DNA from: an uncultured Acidobacteriota bacterium
GTDB lineage: Bacteria; Acidobacteriota; Thermoanaerobaculia; Multivoradales; UBA5704
DNA length: 64,000 nucleotides
Reading direction: 5' to 3'
NCBI GenBank assembly: GCA_963770895.1
Contig: CAVYRF010000002.1
Coordinates: 5,536,001-5,600,000, forward strand
Shown here: in pieces, positions 38,623 through 47,297 of the stretch
How positions within the stretch are numbered: the stretch's first letter is position 1
Layout of the letters: each line of letters opens with the position of its first letter
Made by a program: the position numbers and the translations under genes
Notes under the pieces: model-generated
Database searches by the model: none
Told to the model about the DNA's origin: nothing
What the model saw: the letters and a program-made list of their open reading frames with translations, nothing else

Positions 38623-40053
38623 CTAGAGGGGCACTCGTCGGACCTGGGATGGGGTTGGGTGCGCGTCGGGCTTCTGGGTGCCGTCGTCGGCCAGCCGGTC
38701 CCAGCCGCTGTTGGCGATGAAGAAGAAGTCCCGGCCCACGACGACGCCATGGGTGGGCACACCCAGGCCGGGGGAGCTGCTGTCGAGGGGCTCCCAGCGG
38801 AGGATGCGGGTCTGCGTGGGGTCGAGGCGAAAGCGCACCACGCGGTTGGGCTCGGTGCCGTTCTGCACCGCGATCAGCGAGTCGCCGGCAAGGTACATCC
38901 CGTCGATGCCGCTGACCGCCACCTCCGGTGGATGCGACATCCAGGTGACCTGGCGGGTGGTCAGGTCCACGACGCCGATGCCGCGCAGGTAGTCGGCGAC
39001 GAACAGGCGGCGGGCGTCGGCGGCGACCGCCGGGTTTTGCGGCGAAACGAAGGTGCCAGGCGGCACCAGGACCTCCAGCTGCGCGCCGCCTGGCCGGATG
39101 GTGTAGACGGCGCCGGTCACGGCCTCCGACACGAAGACGTCGCCGCCGGGCGCCACGGTCATGTCGCCCAGGACCCGCGAGCGGTCTTCGGCCGGTTCCG
39201 CTGGCGCCGCCGGCGCCACGGTGGCTGCCGCGCCCGTTGCCGCCGCCGGCGCGGGCGGCGTGGGGGGTGGAGGGGCGACCGGCAAGTCGTAGCGGCGCAC
39301 CAGCTTGCCGGTGGCCAGGTCGTAGCGCAGCACGGCGGTGTGCCCAAGGTCGGCCGGCCGGTAGGTCAGCGTCTGCGGCATCGCGGCGGTGGTGGCCCAG
39401 AGGATGCCGCGGGGTGCGTCGACCGCCAGCGCCAAGATGCCCCAGATGGCGTCGCGCCCGGCGGGCACGAAGTCCGTCGCGGCGCCGCTATTGGCATCCA
39501 CCGCCAGAATCCTGGCCTGGCGAACGCTGCTGACAAAATAGCGCCGGGTGGCCGGATCGTAGGCCAGGTCTTCGGCCAGCAGGCCCGGATCGCGCAGGGT
39601 GAACGCCACGGCCGCGTGCGTCGCCGGCTGCCGGTTGGCGTCCAGCCTGGCCTGGACGGCGGCATAGCCTGGCTGCTGCCGCAGGCTCGCCAGCTCGGGC
39701 TCGGCGGCGAGGTCCCGCACCAGGCCCATCGCGGCATAGACGTGCAGCCAATCGAGCGCCGCGGCGGGATGGCCGAGCAGGGCCTCAGCCTTGGCCGCCG
39801 CCATTACGATTTCGGGGTTTCCCGACAGCAGCTGGTCGAGCTGGCCGACTTCGCTGCGATACAGCGCATAGTCCCTGGCGTCGTGCGCCACCTTGGCGGC
39901 GTGGTTCACCTCTTGCCAGGAGCGCGGCGGCGGCGCCGACGCAGCCGCCGGCGCGGCGGACGCGTCGTGGCAACCGGCCGCATCCTGCGCGGCAAGCGAG
40001 GCGCCAGCTGTGCCAACCAGGACCAGGATGGCGATACCGGGAAGGAGTTTCAT
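38623..40053 (-). CDS. Secreted SMP-30/gluconolactonase/NHL-like beta-propeller protein
   Basis: Signal peptide MKLLPGIAILVLVG; propeller blades 'EDLAYDPATRRYFVSS', 'SPQNPAV..RLFVADY', 'GIDGMYL'. Confidence 0.7.
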   Translation of the reverse strand: MKLLPGIAILVLVGTAGASLAAQDAAGCHDASAAPAAASAPPPRSWQEVNHAAKVAHDARDYALYRSEVGQLDQLLSGNPEIVMAAAKAEALLGHPAAALDWLHVYAAMGLVRDLAAEPELASLRQQPGYAAVQARLDANRQPATHAAVAFTLRDPGLLAEDLAYDPATRRYFVSSVRQARILAVDANSGAATDFVPAGRDAIWGILALAVDAPRGILWATTAAMPQTLTYRPADLGHTAVLRYDLATGKLVRRYDLPVAPPPPTPPAPAAATGAAATVAPAAPAEPAEDRSRVLGDMTVAPGGDVFVSEAVTGAVYTIRPGGAQLEVLVPPGTFVSPQNPAVAADARRLFVADYLRGIGVVDLTTRQVTWMSHPPEVAVSGIDGMYLAGDSLIAVQNGTEPNRVVRFRLDPTQTRILRWEPLDSSSPGLGVPTHGVVVGRDFFFIANSGWDRLADDGTQKPDAHPTPSQVRRVPL

Positions 40054-40214
40054 GGTGCGACATCGTAGCTCACGCGATGCCACACCGCGCTCGCCGCCGG
40101 CGATCGGTTCCTCCCCAACCCGGTCCTCCCCCAACCGATAGAAGGAGCGCTCGCGTGCAAGCAAAACGGTGTCAGGGGTTGGGGGAGGGGGACGGAGGGC
40201 CGGCTGAGGTCAGG

Positions 40215-40379
40215 CTATGCGCAGCCGACGCAGGATTTGCACTCGGTGTGCGGGTTGGTCGGACAAAGGCTGGTGCAGGTCGTCGGCGTGTTGCCGCCGG
40301 CGGCGTCGCGCAGACTCCCCTCGCGCAGCAGGTGCAGGGTTTCACGGCGGAGGGTGAGCTTGTTGAGCGTACGCTTCAT
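40215..40379 (-). CDS. RiPP (lanthipeptide-like) precursor peptide, 54 aa
   Basis: RBS GAAAGGA; leader MKRTLNKLTLRRETLHLL..AAGG (double-glycine site); core NTPTTCTSLCPTNPHTECKSCVGCA with 5 Cys and 8 Ser/Thr. Confidence 0.75.
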   Translation of the reverse strand: MKRTLNKLTLRRETLHLLREGSLRDAAGGNTPTTCTSLCPTNPHTECKSCVGCA

Positions 40380-40634
40380 GTTCCCATCCTTTCGCATGAG
40401 CTCCACGGTCCACGATGGACCGCGAAGAGAGGAGCCGTCCAACTTGAAAATGCTCCTTCACCATAGCGAGTGTAGGCAACGCCGCAAAGCGTGCCTGCCG
40501 TGGCCATCGCGAGCGGACTTGCGGAGCAGGCGGTTGGGGAGGGGCAACCTCGCTCGAGATTGCGCAGACGGGGGCGGGGGTGGGCCTGTACGATTGGCAT
40601 TGGACACGCTACTGGTGGCGCGGAGGAGACGCGG

Positions 40635-41009
40635 ATGAACGCACAAGCTGCAGACGACCGGCGCCTGGCGAAGCTCACGCGGATCTGTCTGGCGCTGCCC
40701 GAAGCGGGGCGTGAGCCTTACGGGCAGACCCATTCCCGGTTTCGGGTACGCGACAAGACGTTCGCGTATTTTTTCGACAACTACCACGGCGACGGCAAGG
40801 TGGCGCTGGCGTGCAAGGTGGCGACCGGCGACAACGCCGACATGGCGGCCGCCGACCCCGCCCGCTTTTACATCCCGGCCTACCTGGGGGCCAACGGTTG
40901 GGTGGCGCTGCGGCTGGACGTGGGCGCCATCGACTGGGAGCTGGTGGCGGAGCTGGTTGCCGACAGCTACCGCCTGATCGCTCCCAAGCGCCTGACCGCC
41001 CAGCTATAG
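40635..41009 (+). CDS. MmcQ/YjbR-family protein
   Basis: 'RICLALPEA', 'FRVRDKTFA', 'FYIPAYLGANGWVALRL', 'DSYRLIAPKRL'; RBS GGAGGAG. Confidence 0.9.
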   Translation: MNAQAADDRRLAKLTRICLALPEAGREPYGQTHSRFRVRDKTFAYFFDNYHGDGKVALACKVATGDNADMAAADPARFYIPAYLGANGWVALRLDVGAIDWELVAELVADSYRLIAPKRLTAQL

Positions 41010-41022
41010 TGCCCCGCACTAG
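41007..41022. repeat. Possible collapsed footprint of the MITE-like element
   Basis: TAGTGCCCCGCACTAG = left end (TAGTGCCCCGC) fused to right end (GCACTAG) of the 2786 element, again on a TAG stop codon. Confidence 0.5.
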
Positions 41023-41101
41023 GAGCGGTAAGCCGGCGGGAATAACCGCGGCGCCGGCGGCGGTTGTGAGCGGTCGCAGGCAACGCGATCGGAGGCGACC
41101 A

Positions 41102-42001
41102 ATGTCAATTCGTGCGGTCAAGCAGATTTCGCAGGCGGTTCCCACGCTCGAGGGCGCGGGGGTGCACTTGCAGCGGGCTTTCGGGTTCGATCATACGGAT
41201 GAGTTCGATCCCTTTCTGTTGCTGGACGACTTTCGCAACGACCGGCCCCAGGACTATTTGAAAGGTTTTCCCTGGCATCCGCACCGCGGCATCGAAACCA
41301 TCACCTACGTGCTGTCGGGCACCGTCGAGCACGGCGACAGCCTGGGCAACCGCGGGGCGCTGGGTGCCGGCGACGTGCAGTGGATGACCGCCGGCAGCGG
41401 CATCATCCACCAGGAGATGCCCAAGGGGGACCGCGACGGCCGCATGCACGGCTTTCAGCTGTGGGCCAACCTCCCTTCGACGCTCAAGATGACCGCGCCG
41501 CGCTACCAGGACGTGCGCGGCGCCGACATTCCCGAGGTCACCGACGACGACGGCACCACGGCGCGCGTCATCTGCGGCAGCTTCTGGGGCGTCTCGGGAC
41601 CGGTCGACGGCATCGCCGCCGAGCCCAGCTACCTGGACGTGTGGGTACCGCCGAACACGCGCAAGAGCCTGCCGGTCGAAACGTCGCGCCATGCCTTCGC
41701 CTACGTGTTTGCCGGCTCGGGCACCTTCGCCAACGCCTCGGCGCCCCGCACGGTGCGCACCGACACCGTGGCAGATGCCGCTCCGGTCGCGGCCGACCTG
41801 GCGCAAAACCGCACGCTGGTGGTCTTCGACCGCGGCGACGAGGTGACGGTCGACGCGGGCGAACAGGGCATCCGCTTCCTGCTGGTTTCGGGCAAGCCCT
41901 TGCAGGAGCCGGTCGCCTGGCAGGGCCCCATCGTCATGAACACCGAAGCCCAGCTGCGGCAGGCCTACGCCGAGCTGCGCTCCGGCACCTTTCTGCGCTG
42001 A
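41102..42001 (+). CDS. Pirin-family protein
   Basis: DPFLLLD, GFPWHPHRGIETITY, WMTAGSGIIHQE, QLWANLP, GPIVMN. Confidence 0.95.
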   Translation: MSIRAVKQISQAVPTLEGAGVHLQRAFGFDHTDEFDPFLLLDDFRNDRPQDYLKGFPWHPHRGIETITYVLSGTVEHGDSLGNRGALGAGDVQWMTAGSGIIHQEMPKGDRDGRMHGFQLWANLPSTLKMTAPRYQDVRGADIPEVTDDDGTTARVICGSFWGVSGPVDGIAAEPSYLDVWVPPNTRKSLPVETSRHAFAYVFAGSGTFANASAPRTVRTDTVADAAPVAADLAQNRTLVVFDRGDEVTVDAGEQGIRFLLVSGKPLQEPVAWQGPIVMNTEAQLRQAYAELRSGTFLR

Positions 42002-42082
42002 CGATCCCCAGGACCCTGGGCGCTGGCGATCCGCCTGCCGCCCGCCCGGCCGCGCCCTCCGCGGCGGCCGGGCGCGCCCGCC

Positions 42083-44554
42083 TCAGGTGCCGCGCAAGGT
42101 GATGGCGGGGTCGATGGAGGCGGCGCGCCGGGCGGGTACGAAAGCGGCCAGCAGCGAGACGGCAAAGAGGGCGCCCGCACCCACTGCGTAGACCAGGGGA
42201 TCGTGGCTGGCGACGCCAAACAGCAGCGCCTGGATGGCGCGGCCCAGGACGAGAGAGATGACGATGCCGGCGCCGATACCCAGGCTGGTCAGGCCCAGGG
42301 CCCCGGCAAAGATGAGGCCCAGCACCTGGCCGCGGCGGGCCCCCAGCGCCATGCGGACGCCGATCTCGCCGGTGCGCTGTTCGACGGCGTAGGACACGAC
42401 GCCGTAGATGCCCAGGCTGGCCAGGATCAGCGCCAACAGGGCCAGGCCGCCGATCAGCAGCATCTGGAAGCGGCGGGCTGCGAGCGATTCGTCGACCATG
42501 TTGGCCAGCAGGTCCAGGCCGGCGATCGGCTGGCGCGGGTCGATCGTCAGCACCTGGCGGCGCAGGGCGGACGCCAGGCCGAGCGGGTCGCCGGCGGTGC
42601 GCACCACCAGCGTATAGGCGGCCAGGGTGGACTGGCGGTAGGGGACGTAGGTGTCGTTGGTCGGCTTTTCGTCGAGCGACATCAGGTGGACGTTGCCGAC
42701 CACGCCGACGACGGTCAGCCAGGGCCCGTTGTCGTTCCAGCGCAGGCGCTTGCCGATCGGGTCCTGGTGCGGCCAGACGGCGTCGACCAGGATTTGATTG
42801 ACGATCACCACGCGGGCGCTGGTGCGGTTGTCGTGCTCGTCAAAGGGACGCCCGCGCAGCACCGGGATGCGCAGGGTGCGGAAGTAGTCGGGGCTCGCGA
42901 CGCGCTTTTCGGCGACCACGTCGTGCCCCGGCTCCGGCTTGGGCTGGCCCTCGATGTAGATGGAGCCGTTGGTGCTGCTGAGACCGAACGGCACCGCGTC
43001 GATGGTGGCGGCGGCGGCCACGCCGGGGAGCGCCCTCACCCTTTGCAGCAGCTGGTCGGTGAAGCCGGTGATCGCCGCGTCGGAGGCATAGCGATTGCCG
43101 GGCAGCAGGATGTCGCCGCTGAGGACGCCCGCCGGCAGGAAGCCCGGATCGGTCGCCAGCAGGTTGGCAAAGCTGCGGATCATCAGACCGGCGCCGATCA
43201 GCAGGCTGAGCGCCAGGGCCGTCTCGGCGACCACCAGGGCACGCCGCAGCGGCTGGCCGCCGGCGTCGCCGCCGCGGCCGCCCCGCTGCAGCACCGCGCC
43301 GGGGTCGACGCGCGTCGAGCGCCACGCCGGCCCGATGCCCGCCAGCAGGCCTGCCACGAGCGCGGTGCCGAGCGTGAACAGCAGCACTCCCGCGTCGATC
43401 CTCACCTCGGTGATGCGCGGCAGGTCCTGCGGCGCGCCGACCCTCAGCAGGTGGACCCCGACGGCGGCGAGCAGCAACCCCAGGGCGCCGCCCAGCACGC
43501 CCAGCAGCAACGTTTCGGTGAGCGCCTGGCGGATCAGCCGCCCCCGCCCGGCGCCGAGCGAAACCCGCGTCGCCATCTCCCGCTGGCGCCCGGCGCCGCG
43601 GGCCAGCAGCAGGTTTGCCAGGTTGGCGCAGGCGATCAACAGGATCAGCCCGACGGCGCCGAGCAGCATCCACAGCGCCGCTCCGGTGTCGCGCACCACC
43701 CAGGCGCGCAGCGGCTGGAGATTCGCCTTGGTGTCCTTGGCGTCCTGCGGGTACGCCTCGGACAGGCGGCGCGACAGGGTGCGCATCTCGGCGTTGGCCT
43801 GCTCGAGCGAGACTCCCTGACGCACCCGCGCGTAGCCGCGGACGTAGTGGAGGCCGCGGTCGGCCAGCGCGGCACCCGTCAGGTCGCCGCGCGGCATGGG
43901 GGCGGCAAAGGCCGAGCCGACCCAGATGTCGCCGCGCGCCACCAGGCTGAAAGTCGCGGCCATGACGCCGACGATGGTGCAGGGATGGTCGTCCAGGTCG
44001 ACGACGCTGCCGACGACGCCCGGGTCGGCGCCGAACTGCTCCCGCCAGGCGTGGTAGCTGAGCACCGCGGCGGCCGGCGCGCCGGGCCGGTCGATGGCCG
44101 GGTCGAGCGTGCGCCCCACCATCGCCGGCAGGCCGAAGACGGCGAAGAAGTTGGGGGTCACCTGCATGCCGCGCAGCCAGGTCGGATCGACGCCGCGCCG
44201 GGTCAGCACGAAGGTGCTGCCGGAGGTCCCGGCGAGGTTTTCCAGCGTCTGGCTCTGGCGCCGGTAGTCGACCAGGTTGGGCGCCGAGAGCGGGCAGAAG
44301 TGGCAGCTCGGCGGCCGCTCTTCGCCCATCACCACCACCTCGCCGCCGGGCCGGTAGGGGAGCTGGCGCAGCACCACCGCGTCCACGACGCTGAAGATGG
44401 CGGTGTTGGCGCCGATTCCCAGCCCCAGCGTGGCGACGGCGATGGCGGTGAAGCCCGGGTTCTTGCGCACCAGCCGCCAGGCGAGGCGCAAATCGGCGCG
44501 GGTGCTTTCCAGCCAGGCCGGCAGACCGGCCGCGGATCGATCCTGGATGCTCAT
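42083..44554 (-). CDS. ADOP-type duplicated MacB/FtsX ABC permease
   Basis: '[37 protein letters not shown]', '[15 protein letters not shown]', '[10 protein letters not shown]'; no linked ATPase. Confidence 0.92.
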   Translation of the reverse strand: MSIQDRSAAGLPAWLESTRADLRLAWRLVRKNPGFTAIAVATLGLGIGANTAIFSVVDAVVLRQLPYRPGGEVVVMGEERPPSCHFCPLSAPNLVDYRRQSQTLENLAGTSGSTFVLTRRGVDPTWLRGMQVTPNFFAVFGLPAMVGRTLDPAIDRPGAPAAAVLSYHAWREQFGADPGVVGSVVDLDDHPCTIVGVMAATFSLVARGDIWVGSAFAAPMPRGDLTGAALADRGLHYVRGYARVRQGVSLEQANAEMRTLSRRLSEAYPQDAKDTKANLQPLRAWVVRDTGAALWMLLGAVGLILLIACANLANLLLARGAGRQREMATRVSLGAGRGRLIRQALTETLLLGVLGGALGLLLAAVGVHLLRVGAPQDLPRITEVRIDAGVLLFTLGTALVAGLLAGIGPAWRSTRVDPGAVLQRGGRGGDAGGQPLRRALVVAETALALSLLIGAGLMIRSFANLLATDPGFLPAGVLSGDILLPGNRYASDAAITGFTDQLLQRVRALPGVAAAATIDAVPFGLSSTNGSIYIEGQPKPEPGHDVVAEKRVASPDYFRTLRIPVLRGRPFDEHDNRTSARVVIVNQILVDAVWPHQDPIGKRLRWNDNGPWLTVVGVVGNVHLMSLDEKPTNDTYVPYRQSTLAAYTLVVRTAGDPLGLASALRRQVLTIDPRQPIAGLDLLANMVDESLAARRFQMLLIGGLALLALILASLGIYGVVSYAVEQRTGEIGVRMALGARRGQVLGLIFAGALGLTSLGIGAGIVISLVLGRAIQALLFGVASHDPLVYAVGAGALFAVSLLAAFVPARRAASIDPAITLRGT

Positions 44555-44672
44555 CGGTCGCCTCTCCTTGCGCTCGCTTCCCGCCGGACCATTACGGTGT
44601 GCACCACGCGCGGGTTGCATCTATAGTTTGTGCCTTGCCGTGGCGACATTGAGGATTTGCCCTGGGGGAGCG

Positions 44673-46013
44673 ATGGTGATCGGCGACGGCGGTGAGCAGC
44701 CGGCGGCCGGCGGCGAGCGGCCGCGCGTGCTGCTCTACTCCCATGACGGGTTCGGATTGGGCCATGTGCAGCGCAATTTCAACATCGCCTGCGCGCTGGA
44801 GCAAGCGGTCGAGGGCACGACGGCGCTGCTGGTTGGCGGCTCGCCGCACGGCTTCGATTGCCGCCTGCCGCCAGGGATCGATTGGATCAAGCTGCCGTCG
44901 GTGGTCAAGCACGGCGCCGGCGATTGGCGGGCGCGCACCCTGCGCCTGGGGCAGAGCCAGCTGGGCCGCCTGCGCGCGGCCAGCATCGCCGCGGCGGTGG
45001 AGCAGTTCCAGCCGCACCTGATCGTCGTCGATCACCTGCCGACCGGCGTCTGGGGCGAGCTGCTGCCGACGCTCGCCCGATGCCGGCGCCAGCCGCGGCC
45101 GCCGGCGGTGGTGCTGGGGCTGCGCGACATCCTGGATCGGCCGGAGGCGACGCGCGCCCTGTGGTTGCAGGGCGGCGCCTATCCTGCCATCGAGACCCTG
45201 TACGACCGTGTGCTGGTCTACGGCGACCCGGCGATCTTCGCCACTGCCGAGGCGTATGGGCTCGCGCATTGCGTGCCGGACAAGCTGGTTTATTGCGGCT
45301 ACGTCGGGCCCGCGGCGGGCTCCGCGGCGGGTCGCACTGCGCAGCGCCGCATGCGCGCCGAGCTGGCGCTGCGGCCGCACGAAAAGCTGGTCATCGCGAG
45401 CGGCGGCGGCGGCGCCGACGCCTATCCGCTGCTGGCGGCCTGCGCCGGCGCCGTGCAGCGGCTGGCCCACCAGCTGCCCCTGCGGTGCATCCTGCTCAGC
45501 GGTCCGTTGATGCCCGAGCGCCAGCGCCGGCAGCTGCGTCGCCAGGTGGCGGGCCTGCCGCTGGAGGTCTGGTGGCAGGTCGACAACCTGGCGGGGCTGC
45601 TCGGCGCCGCCGACCTGGTGGTGGCGATGGCCGGCTACAACACGCTGGTCGAAGCGCTGCTGGCCCGCCGGCCGTTGGTGGTCGTGCCGCGTTCCGGCCC
45701 CAGCGCCGAGCAGTCGCTGCGCGCCCAGGCCTTTGCCCGCCGCGGCCTGCTCGACGTCGTGCCCCCCGAGCAGCTGTCGCCGGTGCACCTGGCGGCGGCG
45801 ATCGAGCGCGGCCTGGGGGCGCCGGCCGCGCTGCCGCCGCGCACGGAGGTGCCGCGCCTGGGCGGCATGCGGCGGGTGGTGGAGGAGCTGGCGGCGCTTC
45901 TGGAGGAGCGGGTGCCGGGAGGCATCCGGCGCCGCCGCACCGCCGCGGCGCAGCGGCGCGACCGCGATCGCGACCGCAGCCACGCTCAGGGCGAAAAGCC
46001 CAGGCTGGCGTAG
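44673..46013 (+). CDS. GT-B glycosyltransferase (COG4671/GT28 C-terminal-like)
   Basis: 'LLYSHDGFGLGHVQR', 'LGLRDILD', 'SGGGGAD', 'VAMAGYNT', 'EQSLRA'. Confidence 0.88.
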   Translation: MVIGDGGEQPAAGGERPRVLLYSHDGFGLGHVQRNFNIACALEQAVEGTTALLVGGSPHGFDCRLPPGIDWIKLPSVVKHGAGDWRARTLRLGQSQLGRLRAASIAAAVEQFQPHLIVVDHLPTGVWGELLPTLARCRRQPRPPAVVLGLRDILDRPEATRALWLQGGAYPAIETLYDRVLVYGDPAIFATAEAYGLAHCVPDKLVYCGYVGPAAGSAAGRTAQRRMRAELALRPHEKLVIASGGGGADAYPLLAACAGAVQRLAHQLPLRCILLSGPLMPERQRRQLRRQVAGLPLEVWWQVDNLAGLLGAADLVVAMAGYNTLVEALLARRPLVVVPRSGPSAEQSLRAQAFARRGLLDVVPPEQLSPVHLAAAIERGLGAPAALPPRTEVPRLGGMRRVVEELAALLEERVPGGIRRRRTAAAQRRDRDRDRSHAQGEKPRLA

Positions 46014-47248
46014 GTCTCGGCCAGCGCCGCGATCAGTCCGGCGCGCGAAAACCGCGCTTCATAGATGGCCCGCGCCCGCGCCGCCAGCCGCCGGCGCAGC
46101 GCCGCGTCGCCGAGCAGCAAGGTCAGCGCCCGCCCCAGCGCCGCGGCGTCGCCGGGCGGCACCAGCAGCGCATCCTCGCCGTGCACCAGGTCTTCAGGGA
46201 TGCCGTCGCAGGCGGAGGCGATGACCGCGCAGCCCGCCTGCAGCGCTTCGAGCAGCGCCACCGACCCGCTCCCTTCCTCATGCGACGGCAGCACGAAAAT
46301 GTCCGCCTGGCACAGGTAGGCGAGCGGATCGTCCACCCGGCCGGCGAGCACCGTCGAAGCCCCCAGCCCGAGCTGCGCCGCGAGGTCGCGATGCCGTTCG
46401 AGCAGCGTCCCTGGACCGACAAGGCAGGCGCGAAACGGCACGCCGGCGCCCTGCAGTTGGCCCAGACAGCGCAGCAGCCCGTCGAGCCCCTTGCGCGGGT
46501 CGTGGCGCGCGACCGTCATCACCAGCGGCGCCGCGGCCGGTGCAAGCGCGGCCAATGCCGCGGGCGGCGGGCTTTCCGCGTCGGGCCGGAAGGCCGCGAC
46601 CGAGGCGTAGGGCAGCCGCCGGATCTCGACCGAGAGCCCTTCGGCTTCCATCAGCAGCCGCCGCACCGACTCGTAGTTGACCAGCACCAGGCGCGACCCG
46701 GCATAGCCGCGCCGTTCGCAGCGCCCGGCCAGGCCGCGGATCCATAGATACTCCGCCCGGTAGCGCAGGTGCTTCCAGAGACGCTCCGTCCGGGCCCGTC
46801 CGTGCGTGCCGGCGCCGCCGCTTCCCGCCGCCAGGCCGGCCAGCTTCCCCCGCCAGTCGTGCGCCAGCGTCGCATAGGCGCTCGCCACCGGCACCGCCGC
46901 CATGCCGCGCCGGCCGAGCGCCCGGCATGCCTTGACGCCGACGTAGCTCCACGGCCCGAAGCCGTGCACCAGGTGGCGGCCGCTCGCGCCGCGCAGCAGA
47001 CGCAGGACCGCCGCCACCAGAAACGGGCTATGCGCCACCATGGTCGGATGACGCCGCGACGGCACCGGCGACGCGACCCGATGCACCACCCCATACTCCG
47101 TCTCCACCCGCCCCGCCCGCGGCGCGACACAAAAGATCTGCGGCGCATACCCGGCCGCCACCGCCGCCAACCCATGCGCCACCACGTACGACGAATGCCC
47201 ACCCACCGCCGTCGAAGGGTCGCGCCCCGCCATGAAGATCAAGGCCAT
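45986..47248 (-). CDS. GT4-family glycosyltransferase
   Basis: 'ARHDPRKG', 'DIFVLPSHEEGSGSVALLEALQAG' (ExxxxxxxE motif). Confidence 0.9.
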   Translation of the reverse strand: MALIFMAGRDPSTAVGGHSSYVVAHGLAAVAAGYAPQIFCVAPRAGRVETEYGVVHRVASPVPSRRHPTMVAHSPFLVAAVLRLLRGASGRHLVHGFGPWSYVGVKACRALGRRGMAAVPVASAYATLAHDWRGKLAGLAAGSGGAGTHGRARTERLWKHLRYRAEYLWIRGLAGRCERRGYAGSRLVLVNYESVRRLLMEAEGLSVEIRRLPYASVAAFRPDAESPPPAALAALAPAAAPLVMTVARHDPRKGLDGLLRCLGQLQGAGVPFRACLVGPGTLLERHRDLAAQLGLGASTVLAGRVDDPLAYLCQADIFVLPSHEEGSGSVALLEALQAGCAVIASACDGIPEDLVHGEDALLVPPGDAAALGRALTLLLGDAALRRRLAARARAIYEARFSRAGLIAALAETYASLGFSP

Positions 47249-47297
47249 GCCGGCTCTGCTCTGGACGCACCTGTCGGCTGCCGCGCGGCGGCGGGCG

